A program made the translations under genes and the position numbers. A DNA stretch of 64,000 nt from Octopus sinensis (lineage: Eukaryota), in contig NC_042997.1 of NCBI RefSeq assembly GCF_006345805.1, positions 99,820,001 to 99,884,000 of the forward strand, read 5' to 3'. Position 1 is the first letter of the stretch; every line of letters begins with the position of its first letter. Below, one piece after another: positions 38,552 to 51,535 of the stretch. The notes beneath the pieces are model-generated. The model saw only the letters and a program-made list of their open reading frames with translations. It did no database searches and had not been told where the DNA came from.

Positions 38552-40644
38552 TATAATCATCAGTATTATCATTAATTTTCAGAAATAATCAGAATACATA
38601 AAAATGACAGAAATGAAAGTATAATTTAAGTAAAGAACTGCAAATGCAGTAAAATAAAATACTGTACTGTAGTTTGAAAAGCAACAATCCATTTTAGATA
38701 CAGTAGAAAATTTCTTTTAATGACAAATTAATTAACACAAATTTTTTTTACTCTAATCAACATTTTTTTTTCATTTTTTCTGGGTGCTGGCTGCTTAAGA
38801 ATTCCAATTATGAGTAAGGGTAAAAAATTCCATTTTTTTGTGAATATGTACATTTGCAATGTAATTATTTCTATTGTCTTTGTTTTTATTTGTTTTTTCC
38901 TTGCCATAGTTTATATTCAAATGCAGCTCGAAGATAATAATTAAAGAAAGAAATATATAAACAACAGCTCCACTGGTTTTTCTCAACAAAATATTCTCTA
39001 CAATGACACATGGTTTCTATATTCTTTTCTACTCTAGGCACAAGGCCCCAAATTTTTTGGGGCGGGAGGCAGTCGATTAGATCGACCCCAGTATGCAACT
39101 GGTACTTAATTTATCGACCTCAAAAGGATGAAAGGCAAAGTTGACCTTGGCGGAATTTGAACTCAGAACATAAAAACAGACAAAATACTGCTAAGCAGTT
39201 CACCCGAAATGCTAATGCTTCTGCCAGCTCGCCACCTTCATATGCTTTCTATATTGCAGTCAATAAAAGTTATGAACATATTCTTACACACATACAAATG
39301 CTTTCACATATGCAAACATACATACATATATATATATACACACATATTAATAACAAGTATGGAGACTATAACATCCACAAAATTCATTTTATAGTTATAT
39401 ACAGTATATCATAATGACCTACACATGTTTCTGCTATTCACTATTGTAAACGCAACTTTGCAATACAGTCAGTGCAGCTTCAACAGGATCCATCCATTTG
39501 GTCATTAGTCACAGACGTTAAATACTGATCATTGTGGTTAACTGTTTACTGGAACTTAACAGAGAGCTAATACCGTATCCGCCCAGATAATATATCCCTC
39601 CAAGCTCACTTATGTATACATATACATATTTATGTATATATACATACATACATACATACATATATATATATATATACTCACACACACACAAAATCAGCCA
39701 TGAACAGATGTATTTGCAAAAGGTGTTTTTATGAATACGTTATAAGATTAGATAGCTGTGTATTGCTACACTTGGAGTAAAGTGGTGAGGGGGACATAAG
39801 CACTGATCTGTACAAGTTAAACAAATAGAGAATACAAGAAAACATTGTAATTTAAGACAAAAAAAAATAGAAGTTGGTAGATGATGGTAAAGATATATAG
39901 ATATAATATAAGGAAAATATGAAGAATTGATAACGCAATCTTTTAAAAGCTTACACCTTATTTCTGATTCTTTATGGTTTTCCAGCAAATCTGGTGATTG
40001 TTTGGTTTCTTATGAAGACACGGAACTTTTCTTTCCCTAATTAGCACACCAGAAGTTGGAATCTCTGGTGAAGCACCTAACTAATCACTTTACAAGATCA
40101 AATTCCAGGATTTTCAAGCTATGAATTTAACATAAGAAGCCAGAAGGAAACTGGCTGGCTGATGTTTTTCCCCCCATAAAGTGTGAATCAAATTTTTTTT
40201 CATTTGGTATCGTTGCTGCAGTTGAAACTCTCAAATTTCAAAACAATGTAGGAATCATTACCACTGCCACAGTCACTATCACTACCACCACCACTACTAC
40301 TATCACACAATCATCATCATTATCATCATCATTCTCACCACTGTTCTCATTGCTTACGGAGAAGAGGATTGATGTGGAGATATATGTGTAGCAAGACTTC
40401 TCCAAGCTCCAACTTTCAATTTAGAACAAAATCATTTTGCTTAGATTGCTAATATCCTCAGGAAAGATATAAATATCACAGTATCTCACAACAACAAGCC
40501 AACTAGGAAGCCCCTTTGTATCAGCTCAACCTGCAAAAATAGCAGCCAAATCTTTCTCCAATTACACTCTTCCATCTTAGAAAAGAGGCACATTGAATAA
40601 TATAGTCTTAAGTACACTATGTCTGAAAACAAGAAATGATGATT

Positions 40645-41028
40645 GGATGGAAACACTCCGTCGGTTGCGACGACGAGGGTTCCGGTTGATCCGATCAACG
40701 GAACAGCCTGCTCGTGAAATTAACATGTAAGTGGCTGAGCACTCCACAGACACGTGTACCCTTAACGTAGTTCTCGGGGATTTTCAGCGTGACACAGAGA
40801 GTGACAAAGCTGGCCCTTTGAAATACAGGTACAACAGAAACAGGAAGTAAGAGTGAGAGAAAGTTGTGGTGAAAGAGTACAGCAGGGATCACCACCATCC
40901 CTGCCAGAGCCTCGTGGAGCTTTAGGTGTTTTCGCTCAATAAACACTCACAACACCCAGTCTGAGAATCGAAACTGCGATCCTATGACCGCGAATCCACT
41001 GCCCTAACCACTGGGCCATTGCGTCTCT
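40645..41028 (-). mobile_element. CpG-rich tRNA-derived SINE with TSD
   Basis: 16-bp TSD ACAAGAAATGATGATT at 40629-40644 and 41029-41044; tRNA-like head at the right end. Confidence 0.9.
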
Positions 41029-43087
41029 ACAAGAAATGATGATTATAGTTATAGAGTCTTCAATCATAGATCTGCTGGAACAAGGCTGACCTCCTGACCT
41101 GGGGCTAAGTTACAACAACTCTGAATGTCAAAAGATAACCCTTTTTTAGGCATCGCTGTGTGGGTAAGAAGTTTACTTTGCAACCATGCAGTTTTGGGTT
41201 CAGTCCCACTGCACAACATTTGGATAATCCCCAGGCCACCCAATGCTTGTTGAGTGAATTTAGTAGATGGAAACTGTATGGAATCCCAGCATATTTATAT
41301 TTACACACACACACATGTATATTTGTATATGTATGTGCATATGTCTGAGTTTGTTCCCCATCCATTCAACAAAAGAGATCAATAAAGTAAGTACCAGACT
41401 TATAGACATAAGTACTAGGATCTAGAAGGGATTCAAACAGTAGAAAAGAGATCTGAATAGAAGATGTAAAAACAATGCTGACAATGCAGTGAATAAAACT
41501 TAGTTTTCTGATTCAAGCATGTAGTTAAAATCTTCAATGATAAAGGTAACTTGGAAACTACATTTTGTTAAATATATATTAAATTTGGAATTTATGAGAA
41601 TTTTCTAGACAGTGTACATTTTAATAATTGATTACACTCAGTGAAAGTTAAATATCCATAGCTAATTAATAAGCAGCTTTCTTTATCATAGCATAGATAT
41701 CCTTTTCACTCATTCTGTTTGCACAAAGTTCTGTTTACATTGCTCACGTTTTATGGCAATACAGTATCATGCTTCTGACATACATTTAATGATAGAAACA
41801 ACAGCAATGTTTTGAAGAGGAAATGAAAAATCAGATCAGATATCCAAGTTTCCGTGTTAGGCTAATTTGAGAAAATCTGATTATTTGAACTATCAAATGT
41901 ACTGCTTAATGATTTCTTATATTGGCCTCAAGCCATAAATTGACATTATCAGCATCACCACTACCACATCAACAACAACAAAAACTGTTATTATCAGTAT
42001 AAAATATCTCCTTACATACAACAATATCAATTAGGAATTAGGCCAACACATTAGTGGGTAGCCTAATTTACATATTCATGCTTTTGACCAGAAGAACTGA
42101 AGTAAATTTACATATTCTAAATCTACACTATAATTTAAATAAGAATAAGAATGTAAGCACATTTCTTTTATATCATTGAAGTATGACAAAGAGGATGAAG
42201 TCTCTTGATGGATCATTTCACAGTGTCAAAGAAGACGTATTCAATCTTTGGCAGACTTTGTGTTATTAGATTGTTCCTATTGAATGAAGACGTAAATTCA
42301 AAACTTGGTGACTATTTTGGTTTTATTAGTACACCCAGAAGAGACTATTTCACTCTAATGGTGGTCTAGAAGTGACTTTGAACTCAGAATGTGAACAACC
42401 AAAAGGGATCCTGAAAGGAATCCTGTCTAATATTCTAACAATCCTGCAAATACACTGCCCTGGTCTGGTACTTTATTTATCAACTCAAAAAGGATAAAAG
42501 ATAAATCCGACCTCAGTGAGATTTGAACTCAGAGTACAGACACCCCGAACAAATATCCACAATGCATTTAATTTAACACTCTACTGACACTGCTAATTCA
42601 CTGCCTTTAGGAGTGATACAGTCACTTCACATCAACACTAGTACATATTTTGCATTTATTATATCAATCCAAGAAAGACTAAGTCAACCTCAACATGAAA
42701 TGCAATGGAAATAAGACTATAAGGTATTTGGTTCAGTACTTTACTATTTTTAGACTTCAACTGCCCTTCTTAATGCTAACCAATAACTCATTGGCCAGTC
42801 TGTTGGTCTAGTTAAGTGAAGAAAGTAAAGTAGCATAACTTGCCCAACAACACAGTGTACAGGATGGAGAATAGAAGTTTGAATTCTGAGAGTGGGTGTT
42901 TCTTAGAAACAAAAGGAAAAGAAACTATTCAAATTGCTTATTTGTTTGTTTTCTTATTTGAGAAATGTAAAATGTCCCAAAATGCTAAAGTTTCTTTGCA
43001 GCAACCTTTGATGTCCTGAAACATTTAAAATGAAAGCTAAGGAAATTACACAAACTACACGTACATGCACACACACACACACACACA

Positions 43088-43120
<33 letters not shown>

Positions 43121-43830
43121 TCTCTCTTACACACACACACACACACACATGCACATGTACCACACACACATATGACATCTGCTTTTGTAATGCAGCACAA
43201 AAAGAAACAATTGAGATTGTCTGGAAGAGACATATGAAGGACATCAAAGAAAAACTCCATTTACTTTTTGATAAAAACTTTTTTTTAAATAGAAATAGAA
43301 CATAACTGAAAGCAGTTAAAAAGTTTTATTCTTTTTGAAATTTAGAAAGACTATGTTTACCATCAACAATCACTATGAAAGGTACAGTGTTAACCAGGTA
43401 ATAAGTATAGTCCCAAAAACACCCCCAAAAAAGACGAGTACTCTTGAAAGGTCACTGCAACCCTATCCCCTTAATAGCCAACTGTGACCTTAAAGTGAAA
43501 TAGGTTATATATAAGAAAAGGAAACAAGCAACAGTAAAAGAGAGGGAGAGGAGTCAGTGAAATAGGGAGATATATGCTCATTCTTACAGGGAAAGAATGA
43601 GGAAGAGTGAACCCAAAACGAAAGACAGAGAATGAGAGGAAGACAAGATAGGAAGAGGAGGAGAAAAAGAAAAACAGAAAGGATACAGCAAAGGAACGAA
43701 AAAGAAAAGCAAAGATTAAATTTATGTGTATATATATATATATATATTTATTTATGTGTATATATATATATATATTTATTTATATGTATATATATATGTA
43801 TATGTATGCATATATAGCATTTATATATAT

Positions 43831-43868
<38 letters not shown>

Positions 43869-46120
43869 GCATATATGTCTAATTTTAGGTGTTACAACCT
43901 CATCTCCACCAACGACCCACTAAAAATTTACAAAGAATTTCTAGAATATAACTGAAAAACATTCCAGCTCATTAAATAGCTATTTGCTTCAATGGTCTAT
44001 GGAAAGAAGAAGAAAAAAATAATAAAAGAAAGAGTGACTAGAAATAGATGATGGTTTGATGGAAGTAGTGAGAAATGGACAGTTCCCACACTTGAGTTAA
44101 ATCTGACACAAGTATGATTTGTTTCTCATTGGAGAATTCAGTGTTTGGAAAATAGCACCCTTCTGGTTAATAACAGAATAAGTTAAACAATATGAGCTGC
44201 ATCTGATGACGAGAATCACAGCTGACTGATTCCATAGGGAAGCAGGCTACAAGCTAGGGTTTGTGGCTCACATTCCATTAGTAACAACACTGCAATGTGT
44301 CTCTGGTAAAGACGATAAACTCTCAATGGCCTACCTAACGTTAACATTTTTTTTTTCCTAATATAAGTGCAGGCATGAGTGTGTAACTAAGAAATCTGCT
44401 TGGCAGCTATGTGGTTCTGGGTTCAGTCCCACTGCATGGCACATTGGGTTAGTGTCTTCTACAATAACCCCAGGTGGACCAATATCTTGAGAGTGAATGT
44501 GATAGATGGAAACTGTGTGTAGAAATTCAAGGTGGTGCCCCAACATGGCTGCAGTCTAATGGGGATAGTTGTCTTACTATACAGAAGAAACTTGACTACC
44601 CCAGTAGAACAAGGAAGAAGGGATGTGAGTGGGAGTTAGGGAGAAAGATAGAGAGACAGTCAGAGTAAGAGAGAAAGAGAGAGAGAGAGGAGAGAGAGAG
44701 AGAGAAATAGATGGTGTTTGAAATGTAGAGGGATACATCTATGGAGAACAGTGGGTAGTGGGGAATAACAATCAAGAAGTGATATTGAACCAGTGTGTGT
44801 CATTATTATTGGCCTAATGACCCTCCCAAAGCACAATATATATATATGTTCACATGTGCGCTCACACACACACACACACAGTTTACTTGTGCTCAAATCA
44901 CACTATTTTATATATGTTTTTAACTGAAAAAACTGGGGTACAACTTATATACAGGTGCAATTAATGCACAAGTAAATGATGTGTATATATTTCTTTACTA
45001 CCCACAAGGGGCTAAACACAGAGGGGACAAACAAGGACAGACAAATGGATTAAATTGATTATATCGACCTCAGTGTGTAACTGGTACTTAATTTATCGAC
45101 CCCGAAAGGATGAAAGGCAAAGTCGACCTCGGCGGAATTTGAACTCAGAACGTAATGGCAGATGAAATATGGCTATGCATTTCGCCCGGCGTGCTACCGT
45201 TTCTGCCAGCTCGCCGCCTTTATGATGTGTATATGTAAGTTTGTACATATGTATGTATGCATGTATGCATGCTAGCATATAGGTATGCATTGAAAGATGC
45301 ATATACATCAAAACATATATCAACAGTAAATAATTGACAATATATCATTAAACTCCAATACATTGTAACAATGCAGTAAACCCAGGAACAAACTAACATT
45401 TATATACAGAATCAGATAAAATAATCATGGAGAGCAACATATTTAAAATAAAAAGCAGTAAAGTAGATTTCACATGTGTTTCGTAATTTAATTATGCTCT
45501 TTAGCTGCTTCAGAGGGGTAAAACCTCATTATTTAAGTAATTATGTAATTAAAATACATAATTAATTAATTTAAAAGTGATGTTAGGCATATTTTTTCAC
45601 CCTTTTCATGTGAAGATATGGATAACACATCACTTTTAAATTAATCAAATTATTTTAATTATATAATTATGTTTTATTCCAGTAAAGTAGCTGTAGAGCA
45701 CAATTAAATTATGACTTACACTTATGTATATGTGTGTGCATGTGTGTGTGTGTGTTTGTGTGTGTATGTGTGTGCGTGTGTGAGTGTATATATAAAGACA
45801 GACAAAATTTTAGCCAACTGCAGAATGCCCTTATAAAATGATAAAGGATGTAAACATCTGGTGTCTTTAAACAAAGATACTTCACAATCAACCAAACCCA
45901 GTTTAAAGCATTATACTGCTGTCAATATTTCAGCCATATGCCATTAATTTGTTAGCAAAAGAGGGGTCCAAAAGTTTAAATTACATTAGAATCCACTGAA
46001 AGGAGCTGAGAATTGATTCATACACCTGAAGCATACTGAGGAGGCCTTGAATAGTTATGCACCCTATCATCCAGTTACACAGGGAGTCTACAATATATGC
46101 ATGTGAAAATTTGGGACATA

Positions 46121-47004
46121 CAAGGGGGTACCCAAAAGTAATTGGAAATGTTCTCTGTGGGACAAGCCCATTATAGTTCAGGATTTGTCACTAGAAGCCA
46201 CTTGATGCAACCCTCAGGTATCAATCTGCCAACCAGCAGCATCAAGTGTAGACCTACTGTCAAGAAGTGCATCTTTGTTTTGCAGTGCTTCTGTTTGTCG
46301 ATTTTTGCAATGGCTGAAATGAAGGAACAGTATGCTTCTGTGAAAACCTGTTTTCTACTGATGAAAACAGTGGCTGACACAGCTATCATACTTCAAAAAG
46401 CTTACATGGACGTCATCATGAGCAAAACACAAGTTTATGAGTGTTTTGCACACTTTACAAATGGTCACTTGTCACTTGAAGACCAATGTTACTCAGGGCA
46501 GCCATTAACTTTCCAAATTAATGAAAAAAACATCATGAAAATTCATGAATGGATCTTGGAAGACCATCACTGAACAACTGACAAACTTGTTGATATGACT
46601 GGTGTGTCCAGGAGCTCCTTCCAATGCATTTTGAGTGCAGAATTGTGAATGAAAAAAATTTGAGCTTTGCTTGCTCATGGAAGATCAAAAGCAGTCATAA
46701 CTGAATGCGTGTTGTGAACTGAAAGAGCAATTGGAAGTTGATCCAGACCTTTTTTCAAAGGTTATCATTGGTGACAAAAGCTGGTGTTACAGAATTTTCA
46801 GATGTGGAAGAAGTAAAGAAAAATGACAGAGGCTTTAAATGGCAACACTTCACAAGAGTTCCAGCACTGCTTCAAATAAAGGAAAATGTGCCTGGACATT
46901 GCTTCAAATGGAAAATACTTTGAAAGTGACAAAAATGTAAACATGTAAAACAAAGTGAATAAAATAATATTGCAAAATTCCAGTTTTTGGGGGGTACCTC
47001 CTCA
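46121..47004 (+). mobile_element. Internally deleted, decayed mariner
   Basis: Degenerate TIRs containing GGGGTACCC flanked by TA; MAEMKEQYASVKTCFLL..KTQVYECF..LSLEDQ and IIGDKSWCY motifs. Confidence 0.8.
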
Positions 47005-48931
47005 TAATAATATAAATTAGATATTTTGGATGACCTAATTCATTCATAACTTTCGCCTACAACCTTGCATAGAATGAGAGAGATTAAAGATGAATGATTC
47101 GCAAGTCAGACAGCTAAAGACCACCATGAGTTCTTTGCAAGAGTATTTAAGGGAAACTTACAATGTTCATCAGTCTCATCAAATAATAAAATTTTTGATG
47201 CTACACTACACAAGTGTATGTGCATAGTTTTGAATGACTGGAAAAAGGATTACCAAATGCTCTCATTTCATTGTGGTTAAAAGCAAAATTTAATTCTAAT
47301 GATCCTAACAAAGAACTAGGCATATTTGAGACACACAATTCTGTAACATGTAAAATCCACAAAGTCCTTACATGAAACATGCCAAATACAGTAAGAATTA
47401 TTTTCATTAACTCCTGCAACAGACTCAACAGGCCAACATAGACATCTTTTATATCAATGAACGAAAGTAGGAGAAGATGGATTGAAACTTTCAAAAGCTG
47501 GATACTCATATATTTCATGTTTCAATAATACAATTCCAAAAACTGTCCCTATATTCTATAGATGAAATATGTTACAAACAAATTAAATTAAACTGGGGGA
47601 AGGGAATAGTTGATTATATCAACCCCAGTTTTTGACTAGGACTTATTTTATTGGCCTTGAAAGGATGAAATGCTAAGTTGACATTAAGAGGGTTTTAAAC
47701 AACAAATTCATAAGATATGAGAATGTGTGGTGCTCATGCATTTCCCAAAGACATGCACTGTTGAAATGAAGAGGAATGCTTCCAACTAGGTATTAAAACC
47801 AAGTCACAAACTCACTCTGTTATATGGGTTAGCTCTAGTTAATAGTGCATTATTAATAATACTTTGATAAGTACATGACTATGGTATGTATCTCTATGAT
47901 ATCAAGAATAGAATTGTTCTCTTAGCTCGTCAGACACCTCCCTATTATAAGTGACACTACACTGGCAACATAACAAGTATAACTGTCACAAATTCCTTTT
48001 GTTCTTGGCTCCCTACTGGTAGAAATTTTTCTACTGTACATTAAATGAATTATTCTTACTTTCATTGAAGAAGGTATAAGAGGTGGATAGTATAAGCTGT
48101 AGAATGCCAGACAAAATATCTTTTATTTGATTGTGTTATGTCTCTTTATGCTCTGAATTCAAATTCTGATGGGATAATTTTTACATTTCAAATCCCAGAA
48201 ATCAATAAGATAAACATCAATCAAGTACTGGTGTTGATTATATAAACAAAACTTTCCTGTCAGACATGTATGACCAAGCCACTTAATTCTGAACAGTCAT
48301 GCCCACCTAACTGTAACTAGATACCACAAAGCAGTCTCATTCACACTGGAAACAGCAACAACATTGTAAAACAGAAGAAATGTTACCTGTAAAAGATTTG
48401 TACTATTCAAGGAAAAATTTAACTCTCAACCATTTAGCACTATAAAATTAGAGACATGCACTGGCCTAATCATTTGTAGTGTTCTATGAAGGGGAATAAT
48501 CATTATATTGGTACAATGTCACACATGTTGTGGAAGGTTATACAGTTAGAGATGAAGGGATGAAACAGTCCTACTAGGATCTGAACTTATATCATAGAAT
48601 GTTAAAGACATGCATTTAATTCTATTCTTTTCTGCTATTCCAATCACTTCAAATTAACAAGGCCATCAGTCCAGACAATATCCTTTACATTGCCCATTTA
48701 TGTCTTAATTGTTTTCTTTTTTTTTTAATTGGATGGTTTTCTTATCATTAACTGTTGCAACAAAAATGCTGAGTGTGTTTAGTTATGATGCTAACATTAA
48801 GAGAAATGTTCTTATGTGTGAAGCATTCTCTACTCCATATATTTTTGAGCCCCTGAAAGCAAAATAAAACAAAACTGACCAAAAATTCCTGAAGAAAAAA
48901 ATTAAAAGAAATAAAATATAATAGTACTTAC

Positions 48932-49154
48932 TTTTAGGGTCTCAAAGAATTGAGTTGGTTCTGTGAGTACATTCACTTGTTTCCCTGATAGTTTGAAACA
49001 TGGTATATTGCTTCCAATCCAAGAGAAGCGATCAGTTTGATCACATTCTCTGTGTGAAGAAAGTCCTGGAGCTGAATTTGGGTTGGATTGGCATTTTGTC
49101 TCCAAATATTCTGGTATCTTTTCACTGAGGTTGAACATTTGGTGGTGAGTACAT
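48932..49154 (-). CDS. PGS1: Exon similar to the N-terminal conserved block of CDP-diacylglycerol--glycerol-3-phosphate 3-phosphatidyltransferase
   Basis: DRFSWIGSNIPCFKLSGKQVNVLTEPTQFFETLK aligns without gaps to vertebrate PGS1 HRFQWIRNLVPEFGVSSSHVRVLSSPAEFFELMK (recalled from memory, needs BLAST). Acceptor ttgcattttaatcgcag, donor AAA|gtaagt; 223 nt, phase 2->0. Confidence 0.75.
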
Positions 49155-49529
49155 CTGCGATTAAAATGCAACAATAACAGTGCTGATAGCAACAGGATCA
49201 ATGTCAAACTAACGATGATAACTGCAGCAACCATGAACAAAGAAACTATCAGTTCTAGAGCCATTATCACATCAAAACAGGGACCATGAAATATGCTCTA
49301 TGGAATTGGGCAATTTCTTCTCCAGGATTCTAAATTACTTCGATATAAGATCAACTGCTCTCAAAAATAGCCATCATCTTAAGGGGAGAAAAAGGAAAAA
49401 ACATCTGGTTAATGAAATGGAAATGAAGGGAGAATAAAATCTGGTTAAAAGAAATGGTAAATGAAGGAAGGAAGAATAACAGGGGTTTTAATGGGTTTCT
49501 TTTTTCTATATTTACTAATAAACAATCTG

Positions 49530-49860
49530 TGGACTTTTGTGATTCAATATTTACAAATAAAGAAGCATCACTTAAGCAATTTCCCTCTAAGAACATAAGC
49601 AATTTCTCTCTGACAATTTGTTCCATGACCTTACTAATATAAGCAGTCAAAGAAATTGGCCTGAAATCATTAGCATTAGTTTTGCTTCTTTCTTCCTTAT
49701 AGATAGGATAGTTTTTCAGGGGAGCTTACAATTTCCAAAGAAGCTTTGAAAATGCTTTAAAGGGATGTGATAAAATCTTTCCTGTATTTTTAGATGAATT
49801 GTTAGCAAACCACGAGAGCTTCTTGTTACAAAGTTCAGCCTCATTTTCTCTATTGCAGAC
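49530..49860 (-). mobile_element. CR1/L2-like LINE RT remnant
   Basis: ..NFRPISLTAYISKVMEQIVREKLLMFLE motif. Confidence 0.7.
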
Positions 49861-50745
49861 ATTATATAATAATATTAATGTAATTAATGGGTGCCGCTTT
49901 GCTAAACAAATTTGTAATCTATTATGAGTTCAAATTCTACCAGGGTTGACATTGCTTTTCACTCATCCAGAATCAATGAAACAAGTACCAGTAATAAACA
50001 GTATCCAATTCATTTTATTGTACCCACTCCTCACTCCCTTTTCAAAATTATGCACAACCAAGATAAATCAAACCACCACAAGGTCCAGTTCTTGTGGTGT
50101 GTTGGTTTATATGCTTCAATGACCCTGAAAACTATGCCCATGGGGAACTAGCTACTTGAAGGGCTTCCCACGCAAGCCTAATATGGATCACCTCTTCCTA
50201 GAGGTAAAAATGGGTTTGTATAAGACTAAGACCCTTACCAAGAATAAGCAAAGTTGCTGAAGCATCAATCACAATACAAAATCAAAAAAACAGAACAGAC
50301 AGCTCAGATTTAAAAACAGTGGAGAAAAATTGTTAATGGGGTATGCTCTTTATGGAGTGAAGAGCTTAAGTAAGTAAGCTAAATCAATGTTGAACGCATA
50401 TAACTGAGGGGTAAAGTAAAATAGTGCATATTTTCTGAGACTACATTAAAATTATATATTTGAAAAGGAAAGGAAGACCAGAAAAGATTTTTACTATCTC
50501 TTGATTTGAATGATTTTCATTATTTTCAACTTCAAGATATATGCAAAATATTGGATTCTAAGCAATCAGAAATTATTAATTTTCAAAACATGCACACATA
50601 ATAGCAGTGTGATATAAAAATTTGTTTTATATGTGATTCTAAATTTGAGTCCAAACTGCAGCATTTTGGGCAAAATGTTCTTCAACTTTGGGTTCACTAA
50701 TGCATTGTGAATAAAATTAGATAGGCAGAAATTATGCAGAAGCCT

Positions 50746-50925
50746 GAGTTCAAATTCTACGTTCTGAGTTCAAATTCCGCTAAGGTCAACTTTACCTTTC
50801 ATCCTTCCGGGGTCAATTAAATAAGTACCAGTTACGCACTGGGGTCGATATAATCGACTTAATCCGTTTGTCTGTCCTTGTTTGTCCCCTCTGTGTGTAG
50901 CCCCTTGTGGGCAGTAAAGAAATAA
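50746..50925 (+). mobile_element. 5'-truncated SINE with TSD
   Basis: Flanked by AGAAATTATGCAGAAGCC and AGAAACTATGCAGAAGCC; tail nearly identical to 21590-21822. Confidence 0.8.
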
Positions 50926-51488
50926 GAAACTATGCAGAAGCCTTCTATATGCATGTGTATATGTATGTGTGGGCATAATTTCATATCTTAGTTCATATTA
51001 TGCACATACATGTGTGTGTGCATGTGTGTATGTGTGTGTGTGTGTGTGTGTACATGCGTGCATGCATAAGTATATTATCTACATGTATAAATTAAATTGG
51101 AACATTGTGTTGCATTCCTTTATGCCGAAGGTTAACTCACTTGTTCAACAAATAGATAGATTAATAAAATGATTACCAAAGTACTAGGGTCAATATAATT
51201 GACTAAAACTCTTGCAGGCTGTATTGCTATACTCACAGTCCAGTCACTAAATCTAAATCCAATAGAATAAAAGTATGTGTGTGTGTGTGGCTTTGTGCAA
51301 ATAAAAAGATGGTATAACTGAAAGCTAAGAAAAAAAAACCAGACAGCTTATGGGGACATATTATTGAGATGGCGTGCTGGCAGAGTCCATGGAACTGTTG
51401 ACAGGCCCTGCCCTCACCAGCATCCACCTATATGGACAGTAGATATGTATATGCACTCAGGCATACATACAGACATACATACATACAT

Positions 51489-51535
<47 letters not shown>

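Noticed and set aside
44203-44240. CTGATGA with a possible stem
   Set aside because: No GAAA after the stem and no stem I pairing.
47201-47518. 105-aa minus-strand ORF containing a 42-nt GT-AG segment (47372-47413)
   Set aside because: No recognisable homology, two frames are open and the acceptor is modest; cannot be placed in either gene without RNA data.
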